Of a stretch of DNA of 64,000 nucleotides, positions 1-12,194 are shown piece after piece. A program made the translations under genes and the position numbers. Below the pieces are notes generated by a model. It did no database searches. It saw only the letters and a list, made by a program, of their open reading frames with translations, and was not told the DNA's origin. The DNA comes from Geosiphon pyriformis uo1 (lineage: Eukaryota > Fungi > Glomeromycota). The number at the start of each line of letters is the position of its first letter. Position 1 is the stretch's first letter. The stretch is from NCBI GenBank assembly GCA_016748015.1, contig JAAOMT010000512.1, forward strand, positions 1,560,893-1,624,892, read 5' to 3'.

Positions 1-5
1 TAGAC

Positions 6-582
6 ATGGAAATTATCATTAACAACCAAACAATTTGCTATCAAAACACCAAAAAAAAGACAAAGAATGTACTATATCAGCAGTTACCAAAGAATAATAA
101 AAACTGGTCAGATAACATAATAGAAAAAATAAAGAACACTTTTGAGAAAATACTTATTATGACACCAACAGAAGAACTTACAAAAAAGAATTAGAAGCAA
201 TAAACAGAAAAACTTCTAATATTATACTGTTACTACCAATTAAGATGAAAGTTGAATATTTAAGAGTTGTATATTGACAAATCCAAGAAGATATTTAACC
301 AAAACATAATACAGCAAATTGAAGAATTTATTGGAAAAAAGACAAACTCAACACTACATGTGAGAACAATTTACCAACTACACAACATATTTCAAAACTA
401 TTCAGAAATACTGTTATACTCTGATATAGAAACCATAACCATTAACCAATGGAGAAAAATGAACAATACACAAATAGAAGACATGAAAAACAGAGTCAAA
501 TAAACAATACTTGAAAAAAAAGTATTAGAATTAATTCAAAACAAAGATTTTAACAAAACTCAATATTAAAAGGAAAAGATAA
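6..582 (+). pseudogene. Frameshifted pre-LTR ORF (ORF3) of family A, helical protein of unknown function
   Basis: ORF pieces 6-194 and 267-503 lie just upstream of the PPT, the same position as ORF3 in family B-E. Confidence 0.55.
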
Positions 583-1408
583 TATTACTCATAAAAAGAA
601 AACAGATATAGAAAATAGCAGACCAATGAGAGAATAGTATTTAGCACATAAACACATTGCTCAACAATGTGGAGCAATGTCAGAAAACATGGCATATTGC
701 TCAGCAATATAGAGTGATGTTAGAAAATTAGAGCACATCGCTCAGCAATGTGAGCATTGCTCAAAAAATCATAGCACATTACTCGGAAATGTGAGTGATC
801 TCATAAAACATCAATTATGTATATATAGCAGTAGTGTTAGAAGTAGAAAAAAAAGGAATCTTTTAGTTAGAAATCTCCCATTCACAAATATTGAATAAAT
901 AAATTATTTACCATCCAAATCCACTCTTCATTATCAACACTCCATGTTGATAGCAATTGATACTTAACTACACTGAAACAATAGCTCTTGATTATGGCTA
1001 TTAATGGATACTAACTTGCATATTGCCTTGGCTCATTTCTTTATGCCATTTCTTTTATTTTCTTGTCTTAATTATTGTTATTACTAACTCTATTGAGGAT
1101 TAATGCACGGAGTACTGACATCAGGATATAGCACTAGTAAAAGACCCAGAAATAAGAGTAGAACACTCAATTGAGATTAGCTTACCAGAAAAAATACTGG
1201 CCATCATGCTGAGAAAAAAATTGACGAAACTGTGGTTTTAAGAAGCTACAAATAAAACTATTACCACTGAATCTCTGTCCATTATACAAAAGATTCAACC
1301 AAAAACCTTTAGATAAACACACCTTCAGATTTCTATCATTAACAACAGCTTTGAGCACCAAGTTACAGATTGCTATTTACTTTAACAACCAAATAATCAT
1401 CTGTAACA
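583..1408 (+). repeat. LTR of family A (~826 bp)
   Basis: T(G>A)TTAC...GTAACA termini, CCAAT (~623), palindromic repeat array, TATATATAG (~820), AATAAA (~894); homologous to split solo LTR A'. Confidence 0.8.
654..792. repeat. Four ~40-bp-period repeats, each with the 17-bp palindrome ACATTGCT-C-AGCAATGT (U3 of LTR A)
   Basis: Copies at ~654, 694, 735 and 776, differing mostly by transitions. Confidence 0.8.
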
Positions 1409-2212
1409 ATGGGCATCAGCAAATGTTGAAAAAGACAACACCTCTTTCACTACCAGGTTTGAAATGAAATTTAGAACTTCTATCTTAATATTCAAATGGT
1501 GTATGAAATTAGAAAGAAGAACTCAAGGCCCTGATGAGGTTGTGACAAAATATGCCAAAGCAATAAAAAAACTCATTAAATAGGTAGACTCTGGAAGAAA
1601 TTGAACAGAAGAGCAGAAAATACATTCCTTTACAAAAGGACTGAAAACTGATCTATTATATGCTTTTTGGCCTCTTCTGGCCTTGAAAAATAATCCTACA
1701 ATGGATATGGCCATTGAACTTGCCCAAAGAATAGAAGATAACCAAAGAATGCATCTGGGATCCACTCTTTCAGTTTTTGCTCCTGTATCTATTATGGCTT
1801 CTGCTTCACAAATGGTTGCTACCTCCTTTGCTGCCCAAACTTAAGATCCAAATAAACAATTAATAGATAGGCTTATAGCAAATCTTGTCTGGCTATTAGA
1901 ATTTTTGGTCCAAGCAGTTAGAGAGAATTAACAAACTCAAAGATCCAGATTTGAAACCCATTTCAATTAGCCTCAACAACCACCATATCAAAGACAGCAA
2001 AATCATGGCCCACCTGTGTGCTATTGCTGTGGACTAACTGGACACTTTTCAAGAGATTGCAACAATTCTTTATTGCCTCCTCCAGCTCTTAGAAATAATG
2101 ATACTTAAAATAACAGATTCAACAGTAATAATGTTCCCAATTAAAGACCCAATCATGCCAACATCAATTTTTTTGGAGAGGATTCTCTAGTTGAAGTCAC
2201 TATTTATTAGCT

Positions 2213-5200
2213 TTTAAACTGGTAGGTGCATCTCCAAAGGGTGAGAGTACAAGCCAACCAGAAGAAAACCTCTTTTACACTTTTAACCTAACTAATAATA
2301 ATCATGATATGGACAAACTGGCAATCAACCTCTCTGACTTAACAAGAAAGAAGAAAAAAGCCAAGATTGATTTCGTTCTAAATCCCAACAAAGTCTCAAC
2401 TTTTGCTGCTGACAACAATGAGCCATCAAAGGCTAAAGTTTTTAAAAATTCTCCAAAATTGAAACCCCCAGAAATTGTACAAAAATCTGGACCCTATTCT
2501 GTTATTAAAGATCTTATGGAAACTCCAACACACATTACATTTGGCCAACTAATGACCCATTTACAATTCAGAAAAGATCTTTATAAATTCTTAATACCAA
2601 AAAAGAAAACACTAAAAACCAACAAATGCCTTCATCAAGTTGGACTTGCTGACAACAGCAATATCACTTCTCTGATTTGTAAAGCCCAAATGGCTGGCTA
2701 TTTCATTAATTTAATCCTAGACAGTGGATCATCTGTCAGTGTAATTGCCAAACACTTTTTGGAAGCCATTGGAAGAAAAATTGATGAACTTTTTACTTGG
2801 CTTATAACTAATATACATGATAACAAAAAGAAAGGTTTGGGTATAGCCAAAGCCATTCCTGTTCGCATCAATGGTATTAGCATTGAAACAAATATGGAAG
2901 TATCTGAAGCAAAAGAGTATACCATCATTGTTGATAATAAGTGGCTTAAGAAAGCCAAAGCACTATTTGACTATGAACTGTGTAAGCTAACCATTAGATG
3001 TGGTAAAAAACCTATTGTAGTTAAATGCTATTATTAGACAACTCTTCCAGCAACCAAACAGAATCAAGAAAAAGAACAATTAGATGAATTAGATGATGAT
3101 GAAAGTGATGATAAAGATCAAAAAAAACCAAAAGAAACTGTTGAACTTGTCTATACTATCTTTACCAGTAATGGCAAGCCACTGGACAATGTTAAAGCTA
3201 ACAAAGAAGAAATCATGGTAAATGACAAGCTGATCTGCTGGCCCTACTATGATATCTTTAGAAAAACCTTTGACAGAAAACCTAACAAGAAAGCCAAATA
3301 CAGTTATTAGTGGCATGGCTCTTGTGCATAGTACTGGTGTAATAAACTTTTGTATTTACCAAATAATAAATGCAAATCCTGCCTGATCTATTATAAAGAT
3401 TGGGAACCAATTAGCTTAATATCTTGAAAAAAACTTAAAAAAGTACAAAAGTTTTTTGAGAATAAACCATCTGAAATCCAATTATTAGTTGTAAAACAAA
3501 GAGAACCTTCCCCTAAAGAAAAAAAATAGACATTGAAAATCTGTTGGCTAAAAATAGTCCAATTATTTCAAAAAAAGGTAACACCTCTGGACAAACCCAT
3601 GTAATACAATACACCATCACTACAAAAGAAACTTGTCTCATCTATTTGAAGCCTTATCAATTCAATTAATACAATAATGAGTTTATCAAGAAAAAAATAA
3701 ACCAGATAAAAGATCTTGAATTTATACAAGAAACCAAGAGTGAATGGGCTTTTTTAATTGTAGTGGTATCCAAGAAAGATGGAATCCTACATTTTTGTGT
3801 TGACTACTGCCAACTAAATGTCATCACTATAAGAGACATGTACCCACTTCCCAAAATTAATGCAATGCTAGATAAATTCAATGGTGCTGCTTTTTTCTCA
3901 ATCATTGACTTAACTGCTGGATTCTGGCAAGTAGAGATGGATCCAGAAAGCAGAAAAAAACTGTCTTTATCACCAAGTATGGCACCTATGAATTTACAAT
4001 CATGCCTTTTGGTCTCACCAATGCTCCTTCTACCTTTCAATGCCTAATGAATAAAGTGTTTGAATCAGTAAAAGAAAACTTTGTTCTGGTTTACTTAGAC
4101 GACATAATAGTATATTCAAAAACCTGAGATGAACACCTTAAACATTTACAGAAGGTTTTTGACCTGCTCAGAAATGCTGGTCTTAAAATCAACTCAATTA
4201 AATTTTTCTTTAAACACTAATCTACCCAGTTTCTTGGTTATCTTATTATGAAAGATGAAATCTTCTCTGACCCAGCTAAAGTTGAAAAAGTTCAGAACAT
4301 TAGACAACCAATAAATGTTCCTGAACTATGCTCTTTTTTTGGTTTGGCCTCTTATTATCATAAATTTATCAAAAATTTCTCCAAAATTGCCTTTCCTCTT
4401 AATCAGCTACTCAGAAAAAATGTTAATTATTACTGAGACACTCATCAACAAAAAACTTTTAAAATTCAAAAGGAAAAACTTGTTACTGAACCAATTCTCA
4501 AGCAACCTGATTTGGACCAATCTTTTATTCTCTATACTGATGCACCTGGCTATGGATTTAGTGCTGTTTTTTCACAGAAAGATAAAAATGGCAGAGAACA
4601 TGTTATAGCATATGCCAGTAGATTCCTCACACCAGCAGAAAAGAACTATTCAGTTACTGAACAAGAATGTTTAGCAGTAGTTTGGACTACTAGCTACTGG
4701 GATCAATATCTTTTTGATGCAAAATTGTTAGTGGTAACAGATCATTAAGCCTTGGTTTGGCTGCACAATAAAAAGAAGCTGGAACACAAACAAATAACTT
4801 GCTAGATACTCCACTTGGATGAATTTGACTATGATATTTAACACTACAAAAGAACAAATCATCAAAATGCCGATGTTTTCTTTAAACTTACTATCTAGTG
4901 ATAGTACAACCTCTCAAACCAAACCAACTTAATTATTAGTAACTCCTTTATAAACAAACATGATAATAAATTTGGACAATTACTCTGTTTTAATAGAATT
5001 TTTGGGTAAAGAACAATACTCACTAGAATATACTCAACAGCAAAGAGAACATTTGCACAAACAATTAAATTTCTATTTGATCTGCCAAAACCAATTATAT
5101 AAAATAAACAGAAAAGATTTTAACCACCCCCAAAGAGTCATTAGATTTGAAGAAAAAGAAATTGTAATATACAACATGCATACTGACCCATTAGCTGAAC

Positions 5201-6278
5201 ACTTTGGAAAAACAAAACAATTCAGAAAACCTTAGCTCACTATTATTGGCCTATCTTGGGAAAAAACATTGCTGAATACATTAAAACCTATGACATCTGT
5301 CAAAGAAAAGACAAATCCAATCACAAAGAAAATATCCATCCAATCTCTGTTGGTCAACCATTTGACAGAATTAGTATAAATGTTGTTGAACCTTTAATAA
5401 TAACTCCTGATAATAATAGATATATTATTACAGCTATTGACTATCTTACAAAATGGGTAGAAGCAAGAGCCACTCCAGACCAAACAGCAGTCTCAATAGT
5501 CAAATTCATTTATGAAGATATCATCTGTCATCATGGCTGCTCCAAAGAACTTTTATCTGATAGAGAAAGAGCTTTTCTTAGTACACTGGTTGAAGAACTT
5601 TGTAGAAAAATGGGAATACATCATAAACTTTTCTCTTCTTATCACCCCCAAACAAATAGTCTAGTGAAACATTTCAATAGAACACTATTTGAAACCTTAG
5701 CCAAAACCAGTGAAGAAACAAATTTATGGAACAAATTACTGCCTTCAGCTTTGTTTGCTTATAGAACTGTAAATTATGACATAACAAGTTATGAACCTTT
5801 TTATCTGCTTTATAAATACATGGCAACACTACCAATAGAAACTGATATTAAAACAATACTCTTTAAAGAGATCACAATAGGAAATTACAAAAACATTTTG
5901 CAAAGAAGACTTGGTACCATTTTTGACTCCTTGATAGAAATACGAATAATTGCTTTTGAAAAGATAAAACAGTTTCAAGAAAAGCTTAAGAAAAAGAAAA
6001 CCTATAAAACACTTTCTTTAAGTGTTGGTGACTTGGTATTGGAATATTGTTCAAACAGAAACAATGTTTATGATGATAAATTCTCTAGCCAGTAGAAAGG
6101 ACCCTTTATAGTCAACAAAGTTTTAAACAATGGTTTTTATATTTATCAAGATTAATCTGGAACAATCTTCAATAATCATTCTGTTCATGGTACATGACTC
6201 AAAAAATATCATAAACGACCTGATTGGCTGTCTGTTATGGTAATACCAACTCAAATGATCAGCAAAAATCAAGTATAA
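2213..6278 (+). pseudogene. pol: pol of element B (PR-RT-RH-IN), multiple nonsense and frameshift lesions
   Basis: ORF fragments 2309-3037, 3763-4047, 4248-4748 and 4960-6095 in Ty3/Gypsy domain order. Confidence 0.92.
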
Positions 6279-6319
6279 ATGAATGCACCATTCCCAAAAC
6301 AGAGGTATTTTCAATCAAC

Positions 6320-6976
6320 ATGAACAATTATTTTCTGGATCAAAACATTCAAAATGTTTTCTATACTCTCCATGAGTATTGGATCAAAAACTATTCAAAT
6401 GCTACTCTGATCATTGGAAAACAAACCACCATAACTGATAACAGTAAAACATATACTGTTATTAGACCAAAAAAAACTACTACCAGAAAAGAAAGAATTG
6501 GTAGTAAAATGAATAAATATTTGTTGGAAAGTATAACAGCAGCTATACTTTTACCTTCCAACACAATTGGAAAAACACTCCAAGAAATCTTACCCATAGA
6601 TAAAAACTTGTCATATAAAAGACAATTAGAACTCTATGGTTGCCTTGATGAAATTATAGAGGATATGAAACTTATGAAAAAAACAACTTCAGAGATACAG
6701 GCAAAAATTTTGGGCATTATATGGTTAAATGTTCCAAGAGTTTTAACTATTGCTAAAAGAGCCAAAACTTTAATACAAAGATTTGGTCTCTTGGATACAA
6801 AACTCATTTTGCCTTAAGTATTATATATCTTATCCACAAAAGACTTCAACAAACTAGTTAGCTTTAAGTTAGATAAAACCCTTTAAATAGATTACATTAT
6901 AAATAGCTTGATTTTACCAAAGCTCAATCTCTTTGGAGAGGATGATATTATGGTTGAAACTTATACTTCTTATTAA
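6320..6976 (+). pseudogene. ORF3 of element B (218 codons, in-frame stops near the 3' end), unknown function
   Basis: ATG at 6320; TAA at 6974-6976 inside the LTR; same length in all four copies. Confidence 0.8.
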
Positions 6977-7611
6977 ATATTATATGTATTAGCCACTGAT
7001 GTCATATGAATTAGCCACTCTATTTTTAGAAAATGATCATTGATCTGATTATTGACCTAGTTATTGACTTGATCATTGACCACTTTTGATAGCTATATAA
7101 GCAATGAATCTTTTAGCTGTAGAAAAGCATGTAAAAATCAAAAAAATAAAAGAAATAAAATAACAACTTCATCTCAATCCTTTTTTTATCACTAATTTCC
7201 GTTTTCCTACTTTCAAGTATCTGAACATCTTAAAGATAAAAGATTACTTGTTGGTTATTCTCTACCTTTTCCTGAAACGTGTAATTACAGCATTTGAAGA
7301 CTATTGAATAAAACATGACTGAAAAATACATCTGATACCTGATATTGAATTTTAAGAGCACTGACATGAGGCATAAAATTATACCAGGTGTGATTATTTG
7401 TTGACAGTATAAACTATCTTTTTACCTTCAGATTTCCTGGTTATTTTTAGAAAAGTACAGTGACTGAGATATTTTATAAGACTGATCTTGCACATTGAAT
7501 CCATACTTATTCAATTCACTCTTTGAAGTTGAATTCTCTTTGATTCCTTTCATCACTCTACAATTCTGTTCTCCCTTGTTATCTGTTAACTTGTTACTCT
7601 AATTTGTAACA
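6946..7611 (+). repeat. 3' LTR of element B
   Basis: Follows PPT TTGGAGAGGA; T(G>A)TTATGG...GTAACA; right flank ATAT. Confidence 0.93.
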
Positions 7612-10600
7612 ATATCTTTATATATTATTAGTCAATAGTATAGATTTATTGTTTTTTCCAAAGTAGTGTTTTTGTTAAAGTATTTTATAATTGGATTTAT
7701 ATGTATACTATGTAAAACAGTTTTTTTTATTGTCTTTTATAACTTGTTGTAAGATAGTACAGTTTTGGTATTTTCAATAATATAATTAATTGTTTTAAAT
7801 AAAATAATTGTGGACTTGTTTTCATATAACATTTTGTTTTTGTTAAAATAATTTTTTTTTGAATTAAAGTGTTGATAGATATTGATATAATTGCTAATAG
7901 ATAGTTGTATTTATGAATTTGGAATTAAATTTGTATTATTCTTAACAAACTGTTAACATTTGTGTTTTTGGTTTTTTCTTTATAATGTATTTTGTATAAA
8001 AATTGTTGTAAATAAGTATTTTATTATGTATATTATTCTTCTAATTGTGACTTGCTAAGTAACCAAATAAGTTTTTTGTAATTAATATATAAATCAAATA
8101 GTTGGCAAAAATAGTGTTTCTAATTTTGTACTGCTTAGTAAATAATAAGACATTTTAAATCTGTTGTATTGTATATTTTTTTACTGTATTAATACTACAA
8201 CTGGTATAAGTAATTAGATGTTTTTAATTGTCTGGTTTAATTTGTAATAGAATAATTTTTAGTATATTTTTTGAGGCATTTATAACAATAATAAAGCATT
8301 TATTAAAGTCTAAATAAATCAATATTAATGCTTTTATTAAGCATTATTTAAGATAATCAAAAGTCTCTTACTGTTTTTTTTTTTATAAATATGAAACATA
8401 TTTTGACAGTAGGTAATAAAATAGTTTTACAATATTAGAAAAACTTTTAACAAATCTGCAATAATATTTAGCCAGTTTTAAAAAAATTTTTAGTTCTTAT
8501 AAATTGGTTAGGACTAAAAAGTCCTTGATTTTTTTAACTTTGTTAGAATCTGGTTTTACTTTATTTTTATTTATTATATATTCTAAAAATTTTAGTTCAG
8601 TCTTTTTAAAGAAGTATTTATCAAAATTGAGTTTTAGTTTGATGCTTTAGAGACAATCAAAAACTGGTTAAAAGTAGAGCAAATGATTATTAAATATTTC
8701 AAAAAACACATTAGTATTGTTTAAGTATACTACTACTGATTTCCAGTGAATTTTTTTATATATAATATCCATAAACACTAAAAAATAGCAGAAGCATTAC
8801 ATTAAATTCAAAATTTTTGTCTCAAATAGTAAATGTTGTTTTTTTTTGTTCTTAGAATCTATTTCGACTTGTTAATATCTACTGGCTAAGTCTAATAAGA
8901 ATAACCATTTTTTATTTTCTAGATTATCCAAAATTTTCTGAATAAAAAAAATCAGATAGTTATTTCCTCAAATAATACTGTTGAGCTTTCAGTAATTTAC
9001 ACAGAATCATATTTTTTTATTTTTTTTGGTAACCAATACTATTGGAAAAGACTAAAAGCTTAACAATTCTTTAATTAATTTATTATTTAGCATTCATTGT
9101 ACTTTTTGTTTAATTAAGTTGTTACTTATTAAAGTTACTTAATAAGCTTATTGTTTAATAGACCTGGCATCTTCTGTATTGATTTGGTGTTTTATAATAT
9201 TAGTGTATCCAAATTTATTTTTATTAACAAAGTTATTAGTGTATTAATTTAAGAAAATTTTAAGTTGTATTTGTTGTAGTATATTTAAATTTTCTAGTTT
9301 TAGTCTAGTAATTTCTTTTGGTATAAACAAATAGCTTTTTTTTGACAAATTTTATATTTTTAAAATAATGTTACAATATAAAAATAGTTGTGTAAAATCA
9401 GAAATAAGTTAAAATTTCTTGGAATTTTGAATGTTCAAAGAAATGAAACCAATAAAAGTTTCTTCAAAAATCTTGATAACATTTTTTATAAAATTGTGAA
9501 AAAAGATTTTGAAATGTTTATAAGCTTTAACAAATATATATAGATTAGTAACATCAGCTAAAGAACAGATTTTTGGATTAATTTCAAATAATAGAGCTTA
9601 ATTCTAAATTTTCCAATCCACATTTAGAATGTACTATTAATACAGAGAAATAAAAATAATCATGTTAATGTAAATAAGTTCTATTTTGTCATTATTATTT
9701 TCTATGAAATTAACTAATATATTTCCTCTTTTATTTGATTTAACCTCTTTAATTTCTTGAGCAATAAGATCTAATTTTTTATGTGTGGTAACAAAAGTTA
9801 ATTGTAGTATTTTTATAAAAAGCAAAAAAATAGCTTGGACAATTTTTTCTTGTAATTCAATCATGTAAAGTTTATTGAAATTGTTTTATAGCATTACAAT
9901 AATGTTTTCTGTGTATTTTATATCAATAATTCTTTTTTTTATGTCAATTTTTTTTTTGCAAGATTTAACTAAAATACAACTTGGATTATAGTGCTAATAA
10001 AAATTTTTAAAGCTATTTTCATATCTATTTTCACAAAAAAATATAAGACTATAACTATGAGAATTTGTTCAGAATATTTTAAGTCAAATCTAACATTATT
10101 TGTGTATGCTTTTTCAAAGCATATTTTTTTGTTATTATTACTATACTACTTTAATTCCAACTCCTTGAAAAAATTAAAATAAGTAAGATATTGTTCTATT
10201 TTAATAGTCCTATTCAGCTCTTAAAATAACATGTTTTTAGTTGTAAATTCATATTTTTTCTCAGATTTTATTAGTTTTAAAATTATAGTGTTTTTGGAAT
10301 TGAATTAATTAATAAATCACACTTATTACAATATTGGAAATAATAAAAAATCAAAAAATAATCACATAGCTTTGTATTAAAATTAGTCAATCTTTGTTTC
10401 TGTTTTTTTTGAGTAAAAACAAGCTCTTAATAATGTTTGTAAAATTGTTCTAAGTTGTTTATACTAAAACCAAAAATGTTAGAGTTAAAAATGTAATATG
10501 TTTTAACAGACTTCAATGAATTGTTCTTTATTTCTAAAATTTTGTTTAGTGTTGTACTTTTGACTTTGGTACTTGTCATTTTCCGATTTTATTTTTATTA

Positions 10601-12194
10601 TGTAGGTAACTATTCAATTACAAAAAGACTCTTTATCATACAGCATCTATAGATGTTTTTTTACATATCTAGTCATTAATAAAAATGGTATATTAACATG
10701 ATTTGTCATATGTTCTGTCTTACCCAAAATGTTATTCCACATTTTTTTGTTAAAAAAAATTTATCCACATACAAAACAAAGTTTGTTGTTTTATTTTTTT
10801 TGTTATTTAAGTCATTCAAAATATTCAAAAATACATAGATGGCAGTAATATTTGGTAGTTATTAGCCAGTCTTTATTATCACTATAGCAAGTGTATATTA
10901 ATAATAATTTTTTTTATAATCAACACATATTAACTTTGATTAATAGTAAATTAGATTTTTTTTTTCAATGGCAATATAATATTAATGTATAAAAATAGTA
11001 GCTGAAAATAAGATATTATTTTGTTTTTTTTTATTTGTTTTTTCTTCTTATGTAAGAGGTAATGATAGCTTTATTCTAAAATTGTTAGCCCAAAACACTT
11101 GGTAAGTTTTTAATATTGGCTGTAAAACTATTTCTTTGAATTTGATTAGTGATTAATCTAAGATTTGAATTCTAAAATGTTCATATATAGTGAGTACTCA
11201 AACATATTGCTTATTAAAAATGATCTGAAATTTTTGTGTATTTTAGTCTAGTGTAATGTTGGCTTTAAATAGCCAATTATTTTTAATTAGAACTTAATAT
11301 TAAGTGGCTTCTATAATAAGTACTTTTGTTAAGATTTGGATGCCACTAATTTTGAAAGGAAAATTGGCAATTTTTTTTATTAGTATTTTGGTATTCTTAT
11401 CTGTGGTAATTATTTTAGCAGTGGTTGCATAATCTACTTAGTGATTTAGTTGGTTTATAAGTTGTTTTGTGATTATACTATTTGTAAATCTACTGTTAAA
11501 TATTAATTTAATATTTAATTGTTCTATTTTAATATTAGTATATATTGTCATAATTAGCTTATTCTAATTAATAACAGCTCTATTAAAAAAATTAGTGGTG
11601 TTCAAACTGTTAATATTAAATAAAAATATAATAGCCAAGATATTATTTTCAGTAATTGTGGTAAAAAAAATTGTTTTGGTAGTCTAATTGGTAATTTCAA
11701 TTACATCTTTTTTTTTAAAAAGTAAAGTATTACCAAAATTCAAAGTTTTCATAAAATCAAAATATAATGTCTAATTTAGATATTCTGTTTGTGCTGCTTA
11801 AGACTATATGTTGTTACAATTTATTGATTAGAGTGGTTTATTGATAAGTTGTGTCTGATTTTTATTATTGTTTTATTATTTTTGATTATAGTTAATAACT
11901 TAGAATCTGGAGTTGTTATATATTAAAGCTTGATATTAAGGTGTTGTTTGTATTATTGCTTGTAATTGCTAATAATAATTTTAAGACAGTTGAAATAAAT
12001 ACTATAGTTGTTAATATTAAAATACAGAATATTGGAGTTTTATAAATTAAGAATATTTAGGTTGTTGTTAATATTGGTTTTTTTAATTCTGGTCTGTTAA
12101 TTTTTTGTAACAATTTCTAACAATGTAACCAAATTTTTGACAGTAGTAGTAATTGCAGAAATTTTGTTTTTAAGATTACTATTGTTGTTAATAT
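7612..12194 (-). mobile_element. Old dUTPase-bearing Ty3/Gypsy element H: gag end, PR, dUTPase, RT, RH, IN N-terminus; heavily decayed
   Basis: Minus-strand translation gives decayed motifs: knuckle YYYCQKFGYIVRNC (~12110-12150), protease KLIFNSRF (LILDSGS, ~11490), RT LDLASRY*QVEI and VVYLNN, RH end HTNVNSLLR, IN LHSIH...YY*. Confidence 0.85.
9725..10150 (-). pseudogene. dut: Trimeric-type dUTPase domain within H pol
   Basis: Decayed motifs in order: NVRFDL (DAGFDL), QVVF*LNL (QVASRSSL), RIIDIKYTENI (GIIDAGYTGNI), EKIVQAIF (RIAQ), QEIKEVKSN (RG..GFGS). Differences are mostly C>T/G>A. Confidence 0.8.

Larger units (their letters stand above)
1..1408 (+). mobile_element. 3' end of LTR retrotransposon family A (third-ORF remnant, PPT, 3' LTR), inserted into gag of element B
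   Basis: Purine tract AAAAGGAAAAGA (~568-579) precedes an LTR start TATTAC (decayed TGTTAC, 583). The LTR ends GTAACA at 1408, and B gag resumes at once (ATGGGCATCAGCAAATG, compare 27337 in E). Confidence 0.8.
1409..7611 (+). mobile_element. Ty3/Gypsy element B (5' part displaced by A): gag 3' half, pol, ORF3, 3' LTR; inactivated
   Basis: Gag zinc knuckle CYCCGLTGHFSRDC (~2018-2060), protease LILDSGS, RT YLDD (~4092), RNase H ILYTDA, integrase H-H-C-C and DDE core, GPF motif; many stops. Confidence 0.95.

Noticed and set aside
1205-1240. Hammerhead ribozyme in LTR A (CTGA...GACGAAAC)
   Set aside because: The CUGANGA core and flanking helices could not be formed by eye.
6100-6278. Chromodomain at the integrase C-terminus
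   Set aside because: After the GPF module the frame ends within ~55 aa, with no chromodomain aromatic pattern.
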